Virus record (IMG/VR): IMGVR_UViG_3300030320_000049
Reading direction: 5' to 3' (one strand)
DNA length: 64,000 nucleotides
Source of the DNA: a virus
The translations under genes were made by a program, and so were the position numbers. Positions 36,487-44,831 of this stretch are shown here, in pieces. Each line of letters opens with the position of its first letter. The stretch's first letter is position 1. A model generated the notes under the pieces. It was not told the DNA's origin, did not search any database, and saw only the letters and a program-made list of their open reading frames with translations.

Positions 36487-38061
36487 TCATTCTTCGTTAG
36501 ATGGAGAATTTGCCATTGGTTCTGTTTTGGACGGATTTTGAAACTTTCCGTCAAGTAATTGCTGTGCTTTCTGCATTTCCGCTTCCGGGTCTGCCAGTTC
36601 TGGATAAATTGTTCCGAGATAAGGAAGGCTCATTTCATAAACTTTCTGTGGATCACTAAATAGCCCACAAGTAATCAGTGCAATAAGCGGATGAATTTTA
36701 TTTTTGAACAGATAATCAAGTGCCTGTGCTTTTACAAGCATATTGTCTGTCGGGTTTCTGGTTATCTTTACATCAAAATCTCGGGTTGAGATATTAACAT
36801 CATTTGATGTACCACGGATAATATTCAGAATAATTCTAGCAGACTCCTTTTCAGCTTCCTTGGTGAATGCTTCTACCAATTTTGCATCTCTTTCTGCGAA
36901 GTCCCATCCATTACGAAGGTATACAGCATTTCCTGTATCCCCTCCGCTATTGCTTTGTCGGTTTGGCATTGCTTCCACAATCAGCATATTATTGTAGATA
37001 TCATCCTTTGCAACCTGGCTCTCTGATTGATTCAGTTCAGCGGTCATCAGTTCAACATCCGATTGACAGCCATTTCCGGTATCTTTAACAGAGATAGCAC
37101 CAAGTTTTACCATTTCCAAAAACTCGTTTTTGTCTACCTCGCAGTTTTTAAACTTCATAAAGGATTGCACAAACTGTTCCACGCCATTTAATCTGTCAGA
37201 CTGGTATTTGTTAATTGCATCAAATAATGTGATTGCAATTTCAACATCTGAAAGCCTGTCATGATTATTCGGGCATTCAACAATTGGAATACCGCCAAAA
37301 CCATTGATGCCGTAGTTAGTTACTTTCCCATTCTTGATTTCAAAAAACTGGTTCTTTGAATAACATAAATAATATTGCTGTTCATCTTCATCTTTTAAAA
37401 TCTGTACGGAAAGCATTGGTTTCCCATTTCTCTGTGAGTATACAATGTAACAATCACCTGGATACGGAATGAAGATTCTAAACGGTGGTAAATCTCCGTT
37501 TTTTGTCCAATCCTCTTCTTTCAGAATAGCCTTATAGGAAGTTCCTGTTGCGCTCTGGTATATTGCCCTTTGGATGTTTCTTGCATCTGCATTGGCTTCA
37601 TCAAGATAATCATTCAGAAGGTCAACTTGCTCATTTATTTTTTTGTCTGCATTTTTCTTTTTGCATACATATTGGATTGGTTCCCCGCAAATCTGCCCAG
37701 CTTTAAATTTTACAGTTTCAAATGCGTGATTTTCTACCACTCTGTTATTAACTTCTGGACGGACTATTTTATTTCGGTATAATATCGGCTGATCGCCTTT
37801 CATGTACCGATACAGATAATCAATTAATGTTCGATTTCTATTATGTATGCCAATAGTGTCTGATACTACTTTCACTACATTTTGTGGAGTGATTCGGTCA
37901 ACACCTGTGTAGGCTACTTTTCTCCCGAATTCACCTCGGCATAAATCTACAAAATTCATTGTATTTCTCACGAGCCGAACCATCCTTTCTGTAAAATAAA
38001 AAGCACTGGATATTTTAATCCAATGCTCTACTTTATATTTTACACATATTGAAGGTATCAT
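36487..38061 (-). CDS. portal protein (SPP1 gp6-like)
   Basis: Size and position after terL. The true start is probably internal (MNFVDL..., about 37959), because the ATG at 38061 lies inside the repeated 27-bp motif. Confidence 0.8.
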   Translation of the reverse strand: MIPSICVKYKVEHWIKISSAFYFTERMVRLVRNTMNFVDLCRGEFGRKVAYTGVDRITPQNVVKVVSDTIGIHNRNRTLIDYLYRYMKGDQPILYRNKIVRPEVNNRVVENHAFETVKFKAGQICGEPIQYVCKKKNADKKINEQVDLLNDYLDEANADARNIQRAIYQSATGTSYKAILKEEDWTKNGDLPPFRIFIPYPGDCYIVYSQRNGKPMLSVQILKDEDEQQYYLCYSKNQFFEIKNGKVTNYGINGFGGIPIVECPNNHDRLSDVEIAITLFDAINKYQSDRLNGVEQFVQSFMKFKNCEVDKNEFLEMVKLGAISVKDTGNGCQSDVELMTAELNQSESQVAKDDIYNNMLIVEAMPNRQSNSGGDTGNAVYLRNGWDFAERDAKLVEAFTKEAEKESARIILNIIRGTSNDVNISTRDFDVKITRNPTDNMLVKAQALDYLFKNKIHPLIALITCGLFSDPQKVYEMSLPYLGTIYPELADPEAEMQKAQQLLDGKFQNPSKTEPMANSPSNEE

Positions 38062-38081
38062 TCAGTATATTCCAGTATCAT
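38055..38081. promoter_or_regulatory. copy 3 of the 27-bp motif
   Basis: gtatcattcagtatattccagtatcat, straddling the stop of 38078..38500. Confidence 0.5.
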
Positions 38082-38500
38082 TTTTCAAAACCTTTTATCT
38101 TTTTTACTTCCGCTACGGCTTTTAAGTGCATTCTTTTCATATGTATTTCGGAATACCCCATCTCGTCTGCGATACGAACCAATGATTTGTACTCAACATA
38201 GTGCTTAAATAATATGTCATATAGTAATGGGTCTTCAACCTGTTCTATGGTTCGGACTATTTCTTGTCTTTTTTGTAAAAATTCATATATCATTTCTGAA
38301 ATCTCTTCTCGCAGATCAAATATCTTTGCAACCATATCTCCCATTGGATCACGTTTTACAGAAGTTTGCACCTTTTCCCCAACTGGAATTGCAGATACAC
38401 TTGTGGAAAGAGAACTGAGCTGTTCTTCTTCGATAAGCTTGTTTTTGATTCTGTTATCATAATTTTCAATCTGGCGTAAATATTGAGCTGTAGTCATCAT
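38078..38500 (-). CDS. sigma-r4/ArpU-RinA-like HTH protein (140 aa) between terL and portal
   Basis: ...YDILFKHYVEYKSLVRIADEMGYSEIHMKRMHLKAVAEV. Confidence 0.5.
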   Translation of the reverse strand: MMTTAQYLRQIENYDNRIKNKLIEEEQLSSLSTSVSAIPVGEKVQTSVKRDPMGDMVAKIFDLREEISEMIYEFLQKRQEIVRTIEQVEDPLLYDILFKHYVEYKSLVRIADEMGYSEIHMKRMHLKAVAEVKKIKGFEK

Positions 38501-38503
38501 ATT

Positions 38504-40249
38504 CTATCTCCTTCCCCACATAAAATTTTTGGTTGCTTTTACTTCTGCAAATCTTTTGCTGGCAAGCGTTATTGCAAGCTGTGTAACTCCATCAGCGGCG
38601 TCATCATGTTCATTATCGCCAATATAGACGAAGGTAGTTAATTCATCCATAGCCTTTTGATACTGTTTATCTTGATATTTCGGAGCCAAAAATATAAAAT
38701 TTTGCTTAACATCCCCGGAATATTGATTTATTTTTTCTTTTTTTGCTTGTTTTGAAGGTGCTTTTGTACTTGTCGTGCTGCAAGCGTATTTATGTTCTTT
38801 CAAGCGTTCGTTTACATAATAGGCATACATATCTCCACCATTATTTGCTTCAAAATTGATGGATTGAATATTATTTCCCATGATTCTTCCAACAACTAAT
38901 GGCAATGTTCCTTCTTTTGGTGCTGTGCTAAAAATCCAATCATATATATACACATCTCCATTTTCGTATTCTGCACCCACTGGCATTGATAAGCTATCGC
39001 CACCACCCCACGCAACATCGCAAGCAGAAACATTTTTAACAAATCCACCTTCTGGGAGAACTCCGTTATAATATCTCAATTCGTCAGCTGCAAACACAAT
39101 TCCTTCACGCAAGAAGGGCTTTTGCTGATATTTAGCTTCCCATTCGTTAGCGTCTAACCTAGCTTTCATATCAACATAATATTTTGTTGAAAATCCAACG
39201 CCATACTCATAATCGAAATTGGATTCACCATCATCGTTCAAAGCTGGAATTTTTCTAAACCGATACATTGGATTATCCCGATTTAGCTTCTCAATCTTTC
39301 CAAGAGGATCATATAAATTCCATCTGGTTCCAACCATAAGTTCTCTTGCACCATCAATCTTACGGTCAACCATCTTGTTCAGATATTCTTGATATGTATT
39401 TTCCAATCGGGTAGGGCTTAATGAATGTTGCCTATCTCTTACAAGGTCATCCACGTACAAATACCCATCAGAAGAAATATCAACGGCACCTGTCCAAGTA
39501 CCTTCAATACCACGGCAAGTCATTGTTGCAAATCGGTCTGGTTTGTCCAGGTTTATTTCAAAATCATCAGCACTCTGTTTTTGAAGTTTCGATTGCGGAA
39601 AAATTTCACTGTAGTTGTATTCCTGTGTATTAATGAGGTTAAGAAGTTCTCCGTAAAATCCTTTTGCCAGTTTTCCAGAATGACCACCCATGGCACTATG
39701 GCTATTCGGTCTTTTTCCCATTATCCATGACATAAAGAAAATACACATAGTAGATTTTCCAACACGGCTCGGAAGTGATAAGCCGTAAAACTCTATCTTT
39801 CTTTCTTCCAAATCTTGTAGGTCTTTGGCTACTACATGTAGTGTTTTTTTTCGTGGAATATAAAATTTCTTGCTGTCCGGTCTATTTTTTTCCATATAAA
39901 GCAAGTAACTTTCAAATAAATGTGGTGCTTCCAATAATAAATACTGCCAGTAGATATCGTCAAAATTACCACTTCCAGTTAATGCAGCACACTTCTCTGC
40001 TATGTTATGTGAGTATTGACTTACTTTCATAGCCATTTTCCGTGCTTCTTGGTTCTTGTCGAAAGGAAGGTCAATATTCATATTTAAGAGCAAATCAAGG
40101 CAATCTTTTTGATTCTGATAGATTGTCATGTCGCTACTGATAATCTGATTTAGGACTGTCCGATACCATTCAAGCGAACCTTCTGTAATTTTTCCCATAA
40201 AAATAGAGCCAGACCTCCTTTCTTTTTTAGGATTTAGTCTGGCTCTCAT
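38504..40249 (-). CDS. terL: terminase large subunit
   Basis: Walker A LPSRVGKST, Walker B-like YLYVDDLV, and a nuclease half. The start may instead be MGKITEG at 40198. Confidence 0.9.
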   Translation of the reverse strand: MRARLNPKKERRSGSIFMGKITEGSLEWYRTVLNQIISSDMTIYQNQKDCLDLLLNMNIDLPFDKNQEARKMAMKVSQYSHNIAEKCAALTGSGNFDDIYWQYLLLEAPHLFESYLLYMEKNRPDSKKFYIPRKKTLHVVAKDLQDLEERKIEFYGLSLPSRVGKSTMCIFFMSWIMGKRPNSHSAMGGHSGKLAKGFYGELLNLINTQEYNYSEIFPQSKLQKQSADDFEINLDKPDRFATMTCRGIEGTWTGAVDISSDGYLYVDDLVRDRQHSLSPTRLENTYQEYLNKMVDRKIDGARELMVGTRWNLYDPLGKIEKLNRDNPMYRFRKIPALNDDGESNFDYEYGVGFSTKYYVDMKARLDANEWEAKYQQKPFLREGIVFAADELRYYNGVLPEGGFVKNVSACDVAWGGGDSLSMPVGAEYENGDVYIYDWIFSTAPKEGTLPLVVGRIMGNNIQSINFEANNGGDMYAYYVNERLKEHKYACSTTSTKAPSKQAKKEKINQYSGDVKQNFIFLAPKYQDKQYQKAMDELTTFVYIGDNEHDDAADGVTQLAITLASKRFAEVKATKNFMWGRR

Positions 40250-40266
40250 ATGGCTCTCTTGACTGC

Positions 40267-41469
40267 TTATTCACTTGCTTTAAAGTTATATATAGGTTTG
40301 ATAATATCAACTATTTCTACAGTATCTTTGATGTTATCAATAATTTCTTGCGGTGGTTTGTAGGCCATAGGGCTTTCATCAATTGTAGATTTCTGAACGG
40401 ATGTTGTATATATTCCATCCATAGACTCCTTAAATTCTTCTAACGAAATGTTTTCTTTTGCTTTTGACCGGCTCATAATACGTCCTGCGCCATGAGGGGC
40501 TGAACAGTTCCAATCATCGTTTCCTTTCCCGACTGCAATAATGCATCCGTCTCGCATATTCATGGGGATAAGAACTTTTTCACCATACTTAGCTGATATC
40601 GCACCTTTCCGAACAATATTTGTATCGTGGTCAATATAATTATGAATTGTGTCAAACCATGTATCTCTTTGAAGTGTCCAATTCATGCTGTAGAATATAG
40701 CCGACTGTATACATCTTCTGTTTATTCTTGCAAATTCTTGACAGATTTTCATATCATGCAGATATTGTTTTCTGTGTTCTCCTGTCAAGTAGCACAATTC
40801 TTTCGGAATGCCAAGTTTGTCTGGCTTCCATTTTCGTTTTAATTCGTCAATACCATTTTGAATTTCCTTGTGCCTGCCAGAGCACTTGTATTCTTTTATT
40901 AATTTCTGTATTTCAGTTTCAAGTTTATCTGTGCCCTGCATATCTTCTATGGCAATTTTTTGATATATTTCAGCTACTTGCTTCCCAAGGTTGCGACTTC
41001 CAGTATGAATTACAAGGTATTTTGCACCTTTTGAATTAGTGTCAACTTCAATAAAATGATTTCCACCCCCAAGCGTACCAAGGCTCCTGCGAATCCATTC
41101 GATATTTTTAAGCTGATGGAAGTAATGAAGTTCTTCTAATTCTTCAAAATTTATGATTTCGTCACGTACGTTTCTTCCTGCTGGAACATTTCTTCTTATT
41201 GCTTCGTCGAGAATTTTAAAATCTATTGTTCCAACGTCAGCAGGAATTTGCGTTGTAAGCATTCCACATCCAATGTCTACTCCAACAATGTTCGGAATTA
41301 CTTTATCTCCGAGATCAGCAGTAAAACCAATTACACATCCTGCTCCTGCGTGAACATCTGGCATGATTCGTACTTTGCATTCAGAAAATGCAGGCTGCTT
41401 TATCAATGTATAAATCTGATTTAATGCTTCTGGTTCAATGTTTTCTGTAAATATCTTCAAGTCACTCAT
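40267..41469 (-). CDS. rtcB: RtcB RNA 3'-phosphate/5'-OH ligase
   Basis: RIMPDVHAGAGCVIGFT, GGGNHFIEV, HTGSRNLG and SAPHGAGR motifs; 400 aa. Confidence 0.92.
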   Translation of the reverse strand: MSDLKIFTENIEPEALNQIYTLIKQPAFSECKVRIMPDVHAGAGCVIGFTADLGDKVIPNIVGVDIGCGMLTTQIPADVGTIDFKILDEAIRRNVPAGRNVRDEIINFEELEELHYFHQLKNIEWIRRSLGTLGGGNHFIEVDTNSKGAKYLVIHTGSRNLGKQVAEIYQKIAIEDMQGTDKLETEIQKLIKEYKCSGRHKEIQNGIDELKRKWKPDKLGIPKELCYLTGEHRKQYLHDMKICQEFARINRRCIQSAIFYSMNWTLQRDTWFDTIHNYIDHDTNIVRKGAISAKYGEKVLIPMNMRDGCIIAVGKGNDDWNCSAPHGAGRIMSRSKAKENISLEEFKESMDGIYTTSVQKSTIDESPMAYKPPQEIIDNIKDTVEIVDIIKPIYNFKASE

Positions 41470-41623
41470 AATGGCGCTCCTTTCTGGCTCTCTTGACTTT
41501 TCTTTTTGTTTTTTTGTATTCTAAATATTTTTCAAAACTATATTTTTCACAATATATACAATTTTCTAATCCATCTGGTTCTGGATGTATACACGGAATG
41601 TTCCTTAATTTGCACCATACCAT
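41462..41623 (-). CDS. small basic Cys-rich ORF (53 aa) overlapping the rtcB start
   Basis: Own translation MVWCKLRNIPCIHPEPDGLENCIYCEKYSFEKYLEYKKTKRKVKRARKERHYE. Confidence 0.4.
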   Translation of the reverse strand: MVWCKLRNIPCIHPEPDGLENCIYCEKYSFEKYLEYKKTKRKVKRARKERHYE

Positions 41624-41827
41624 TTAATCACTTAACTTTCTGCAAATTTCAATAAAATCTGGCTTACTAAGTTCTTTCAACTTATCAGCATACTTTGGAA
41701 ATTCATGCGTATATATCGGATGACCTAAAAGCTTTTCCGCATATTCGTATGCAAGTCTTCGGTCATCCCCTGTAAGCATACAAATTCCTGTATAGGTTTC
41801 AATTACTACGGCTTCTTGTTTTGTCAT
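41624..41827 (-). CDS. hypothetical protein (67 aa)
   Basis: Track ORF; RBS agaaaggatatgt upstream. Confidence 0.55.
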   Translation of the reverse strand: MTKQEAVVIETYTGICMLTGDDRRLAYEYAEKLLGHPIYTHEFPKYADKLKELSKPDFIEICRKLSD

Positions 41828-41848
41828 ACATATCCTTTCTTGATAAAA

Positions 41849-42043
41849 TCATCTTCTTAATTCCGTAAAAATATTTTCAATTACTTTCCATTCTGCGAAT
41901 ACTGCCATAAACAGTAATGGTACTGCAGAAAATCCCCAATGATTTTCAATCATCATTTGAATTGTGGCTATTAAATAATCTGCTACCCATTTGAATATTA
42001 TGAAATTCGCAATTATCCAACATATTTTTCTGATTTTGTTCAT
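41849..42043 (-). CDS. small 2-TM protein (64 aa)
   Basis: Track ORF with hydrophobic segments. Confidence 0.5.
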   Translation of the reverse strand: MNKIRKICWIIANFIIFKWVADYLIATIQMMIENHWGFSAVPLLFMAVFAEWKVIENIFTELRR

Positions 42044-42324
42044 TTGGTCACCATCTTTCTTTTTGATTTCAAGTATTTTCTGTATTTGCGACTGTATTTC
42101 CGAAGAATTAAATCGAGCATAATGCTATTTGTCTGTTCTACGTTTTCTGACATAGTTGTGAGATATGGATAATCTTCTCTATCATCTACTAATGTCTTGA
42201 AGATCAAGTCTAAAGCAAACTGAGCACTGATAGGTGGGTCGCACAGTTCAAAGTCTTTATCCTTGTACCACTCATCAATCTTCTTCTGGAATCCATCAAA
42301 GGATATTTCTTCGCTCCATATCAT
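42040..42324 (-). CDS. hypothetical protein (94 aa)
   Basis: Track ORF with a 4-nt overlap. Confidence 0.55.
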   Translation of the reverse strand: MIWSEEISFDGFQKKIDEWYKDKDFELCDPPISAQFALDLIFKTLVDDREDYPYLTTMSENVEQTNSIMLDLILRKYSRKYRKYLKSKRKMVTK

Positions 42325-42333
42325 ACATTCACC

Positions 42334-42516
42334 TCAATCTGTAATCCCTAACTGTTTGTAAGTGAATACGGCAGTGTACTTCTTCCCACATTTGTAGCAA
42401 GTTTCTGTAATAGTGCAAGTCTTTTCCTTATCGTCACATTTTGATTCTGTATCTGAACTTTTGAACCTGCAACCACCTGTCAGAATGCATTTAATTCGTT
42501 TAAGACTTATTTTCAT
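42334..42516 (-). CDS. small zinc-ribbon protein (60 aa)
   Basis: C..GGC...C......C..CYKCG. Confidence 0.5.
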   Translation of the reverse strand: MKISLKRIKCILTGGCRFKSSDTESKCDDKEKTCTITETCYKCGKKYTAVFTYKQLGITD

Positions 42517-42814
42517 TCAAAATACCTCTCAATATCTTTTCCCATTTTCCAATAGTGTATGTTCCTACTTGTTTCGCATACATTTCCATGCGAACTGGAA
42601 ACGTATCTGTAAAACCGCTTAAATGTCTTATAATGAACGGAAATTCTCTGCCTTTTATTTGCACCATAAATGTTTCCTCATAATCATATCGTCCAAGTAC
42701 ATTAGCGCAGAAGTAAGCAACCTCTCTTCCATCCTCTACGCAGACCTCAATTGAAGCTGCTACAGTTTCACCTGTTTGTAAAATTGTTATTGGGATATTT
42801 TTGTATTTCTTCAT
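42500..42814 (-). CDS. hypothetical protein (104 aa)
   Basis: Track ORF. Confidence 0.55.
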   Translation of the reverse strand: MKKYKNIPITILQTGETVAASIEVCVEDGREVAYFCANVLGRYDYEETFMVQIKGREFPFIIRHLSGFTDTFPVRMEMYAKQVGTYTIGKWEKILRGILNENKS

Positions 42815-43044
42815 ACATTCACCTCAAATTCTTTCTTACAGTTGCTTCCCTTGCATTTTAATTTAAGATGCTGAATCTTTGTGTTTGGGCTAATCAAAAG
42901 TGCTTTCTTCTGGCAAAAAGGGCAACAGGCGTATTTCACTCCATTGATATTCCTCAATAATGCCTGTCCATTCCACGGCTCGGGTGGGTTCATGTATTCA
43001 GAAAAATCTATCCCTTCGGATTCTAATGCTGACTTAATGCTCAT
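42811..43044 (-). CDS. Com-like zinc-finger protein (77 aa)
   Basis: CCPFCQKKALLISPNTKIQHLKLKCKGSNCKKEFEVNV resembles the Mu Com finger (from memory). RBS aaggag upstream. Confidence 0.5.
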   Translation of the reverse strand: MSIKSALESEGIDFSEYMNPPEPWNGQALLRNINGVKYACCPFCQKKALLISPNTKIQHLKLKCKGSNCKKEFEVNV

Positions 43045-43231
43045 TAAAAATCTCCTTAAATTTCTTCCTATTAAAACCATTGTCTTGGTTTCCCCAATAC
43101 GGATATTGCTCTAAGCATTTTCTCATATAATCGCATGGATGTGCTTTTGCAAAGTCAACAATTTCTTTGGCAGGTGCCTGTTGTACTTGTGTCTTCCATT
43201 CTGGACAACCTTTTGTTTTTTCTTGATCCAT
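43034..43231 (-). CDS. hypothetical protein (65 aa)
   Basis: Start MDQEKTKG with RBS acggaggaaaa. Confidence 0.45.
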   Translation of the reverse strand: MDQEKTKGCPEWKTQVQQAPAKEIVDFAKAHPCDYMRKCLEQYPYWGNQDNGFNRKKFKEIFNEH

Positions 43232-43508
43232 TAATTTTCCTCCGTTTCGGAATGCCATGCTTTTTTCGGAAATTATTCTGGTTTATTCGATTTGGGGCAA
43301 CTAGTGTCCAAAATAGTTCATTACTTAATTTACATTCAAGTTCAATACTTAACGGCTTGCCTATGCTACAAAGTGTACCGTCCTCATTTCTGTGAAGAAT
43401 ACCGCCTTCGATAACAAAAGCACCATCCGAAATTGAAATCTCTGGTGTTTCTTCAATCGCTTCACCATTGCTTGTAAAGAAATGCTTTAATTCCTCCTTT
43501 TCACCCAT
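43155..43508 (-). CDS. hypothetical protein (117 aa)
   Basis: Track ORF. The 77-nt overlap with the next gene makes its 3' end doubtful. Confidence 0.45.
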   Translation of the reverse strand: MGEKEELKHFFTSNGEAIEETPEISISDGAFVIEGGILHRNEDGTLCSIGKPLSIELECKLSNELFWTLVAPNRINQNNFRKKHGIPKRRKINGSRKNKRLSRMEDTSTTGTCQRNC

Positions 43509-43509
43509 A

Positions 43510-43833
43510 TCAGCACATTCCTTTGTTTTTCCTTAAATTAGCGTATCGGTCAACCAATTTGTCAACAGTAACAGTTAACTCGTTAATTCTGATGCAGTCA
43601 TCCTGGTGGCGTTGTTCATACCATTCTATAGATGGATGACCAGTATCTACATTTTCAACTTCATCAGTTGGAAGCTTCCAGTTATCATTTTCAAGAAGCT
43701 TTTGGTTAAGTGTCTCCGATAAAGCTTTATAGTCCAGGATTATATGCTGTTTCTTCTCGCATTCATCAGATAAAAGAACAACTTCATTTTTTAGCTGATC
43801 TACAGTCCAATTCTTTAAATCTTCAATTCTCAT
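43510..43833 (-). CDS. hypothetical protein (107 aa)
   Basis: Start MRIEDLKNW with RBS tgaggagaa. Confidence 0.5.
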   Translation of the reverse strand: MRIEDLKNWTVDQLKNEVVLLSDECEKKQHIILDYKALSETLNQKLLENDNWKLPTDEVENVDTGHPSIEWYEQRHQDDCIRINELTVTVDKLVDRYANLRKNKGMC

Positions 43834-43843
43834 GGCATTCTCC

Positions 43844-44083
43844 TCAAATCTTAGTAAATGTTTCCATATCGTAGTTGTCACGGATATAATCCACACACTC
43901 TTGCAGTTTTTCTCTCAAAAATGTGTCCTTTGCAATATCTGGGTGAAGCGCATATAGTAAGCAGCTTCCCTCTTTCCCGTCTTTCTGAAACTTTCTCCAA
44001 TTGAACATCATAATGAATAAAGGAATTTTTGTAAGATTGTCCGTTTTTCTTTTGAGCCAAAAATTAGAAAGTTTTTTAATCAT
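43844..44083 (-). CDS. hypothetical protein (79 aa)
   Basis: Track ORF. Confidence 0.5.
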   Translation of the reverse strand: MIKKLSNFWLKRKTDNLTKIPLFIMMFNWRKFQKDGKEGSCLLYALHPDIAKDTFLREKLQECVDYIRDNYDMETFTKI

Positions 44084-44250
44084 TTCTCTCTTTCCTCCCT
44101 ATGCTTCATCTGACAGGCGATCATTTTAGCTATGTTTTCACGTTCCTGTTTTATGCCATGTCCTTGGCGGAACAATTCGCATTCAAGGATATTTCCACAG
44201 TTGGAACATTCGTCTTTTATTTCTTTACCGCATACTTCAATCATTTTCAT
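44080..44250 (-). CDS. small Cys-rich ORF (56 aa)
   Basis: Own translation MKMIEVCGKEIKDECSNCGNILECELFRQGHGIKQERENIAKMIACQMKHREEREK. ATGA overlap downstream. Confidence 0.4.
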   Translation of the reverse strand: MKMIEVCGKEIKDECSNCGNILECELFRQGHGIKQERENIAKMIACQMKHREEREK

Positions 44251-44449
44251 CACCACAGTAATTCAATAAGTAATTTGCAATTTTTCTAAGATCATTTTTC
44301 CCATACAGACGAATTCCATCTTTCAATTCTCTGTCAATCAGCCAATCAGCTAACTTTATTGGTTGTGTAGGTGGTTCATCTTTGGATTTTTCTATCTTAA
44401 AATCATCGATTAAACCACCTCTATTTATAAGTTCAGACAAATCACTCAT
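44237..44449 (-). CDS. hypothetical protein (70 aa)
   Basis: Start MSDLSELI with RBS gggaggagaac. Confidence 0.5.
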   Translation of the reverse strand: MSDLSELINRGGLIDDFKIEKSKDEPPTQPIKLADWLIDRELKDGIRLYGKNDLRKIANYLLNYCGDEND

Positions 44450-44582
44450 GCTTGTTCTCCTCCCAACATTCACAACTATCATACATGCATCTAAAGTCTG
44501 CGCAATATTTGCTATCACCATTGAAGCAAACCCATGTGAAGTCATCATGTTTTCTACAATTCTTACAACATTTTTCTTCCAT
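44442..44582 (-). CDS. small Cys-rich ORF (46 aa)
   Basis: Own translation MEEKCCKNCRKHDDFTWVCFNGDSKYCADFRCMYDSCECWEENKHE. RBS aagaggtg upstream. Confidence 0.4.
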   Translation of the reverse strand: MEEKCCKNCRKHDDFTWVCFNGDSKYCADFRCMYDSCECWEENKHE

Positions 44583-44596
44583 AAACACCTCTTGTT

Positions 44597-44653
44597 AAAA
44601 AAATCCAGTGCGCCGACTTGAACGGCATGAATCTCCCAACGAGAAACACTGGA
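44597..44653 (-). ncRNA. anticodon-armless tRNA-like element that also forms a branched intrinsic terminator
   Basis: Minus strand UCCAGUG-UU-UCUC(GUUGG)GAGA-UUCA-UGCCG(UUCAAGU)CGGCG-CACUGGA followed by U7. Confidence 0.5.
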
Positions 44654-44699
44654 ACTTTAAGGGGGAAAATGCAACTTCTGGCAATGGCAATTTGCCAGA

Positions 44700-44771
44700 T
44701 AGAAACAACAGGAATCGAACCTGTGTCACATGATATTGAGTATCATTGCTCTACCACTAAGCTATGTTTCA
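44700..44771 (-). tRNA. tRNA-like gene with anticodon UCA (opal-suppressor type), C33 and a U1-U72 mismatch
   Basis: Hand fold: UGAAACA UA GCUU AGUGGUA GAGC A AUGAU ACUCAAU AUCAU GUGAC ACAGG UUCGAUU CCUGU UGUUUCU A. Confidence 0.55.
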
Positions 44772-44831
44772 TATTGCCGCCTGTCACGGACAGTTCTTTT
44801 CAAAGGAACTGAGATGGTTTTTACTTTTGTT

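Noticed and set aside
44700-44771. Genome-wide stop-codon reassignment (UGA recoding), suggested by the UCA-anticodon tRNA.
   Set aside because: Very long ORFs read cleanly in the standard code, and TGA is used as a terminal stop with ATGA-coupled restarts. The only in-frame stop I found is a TAA (61387).
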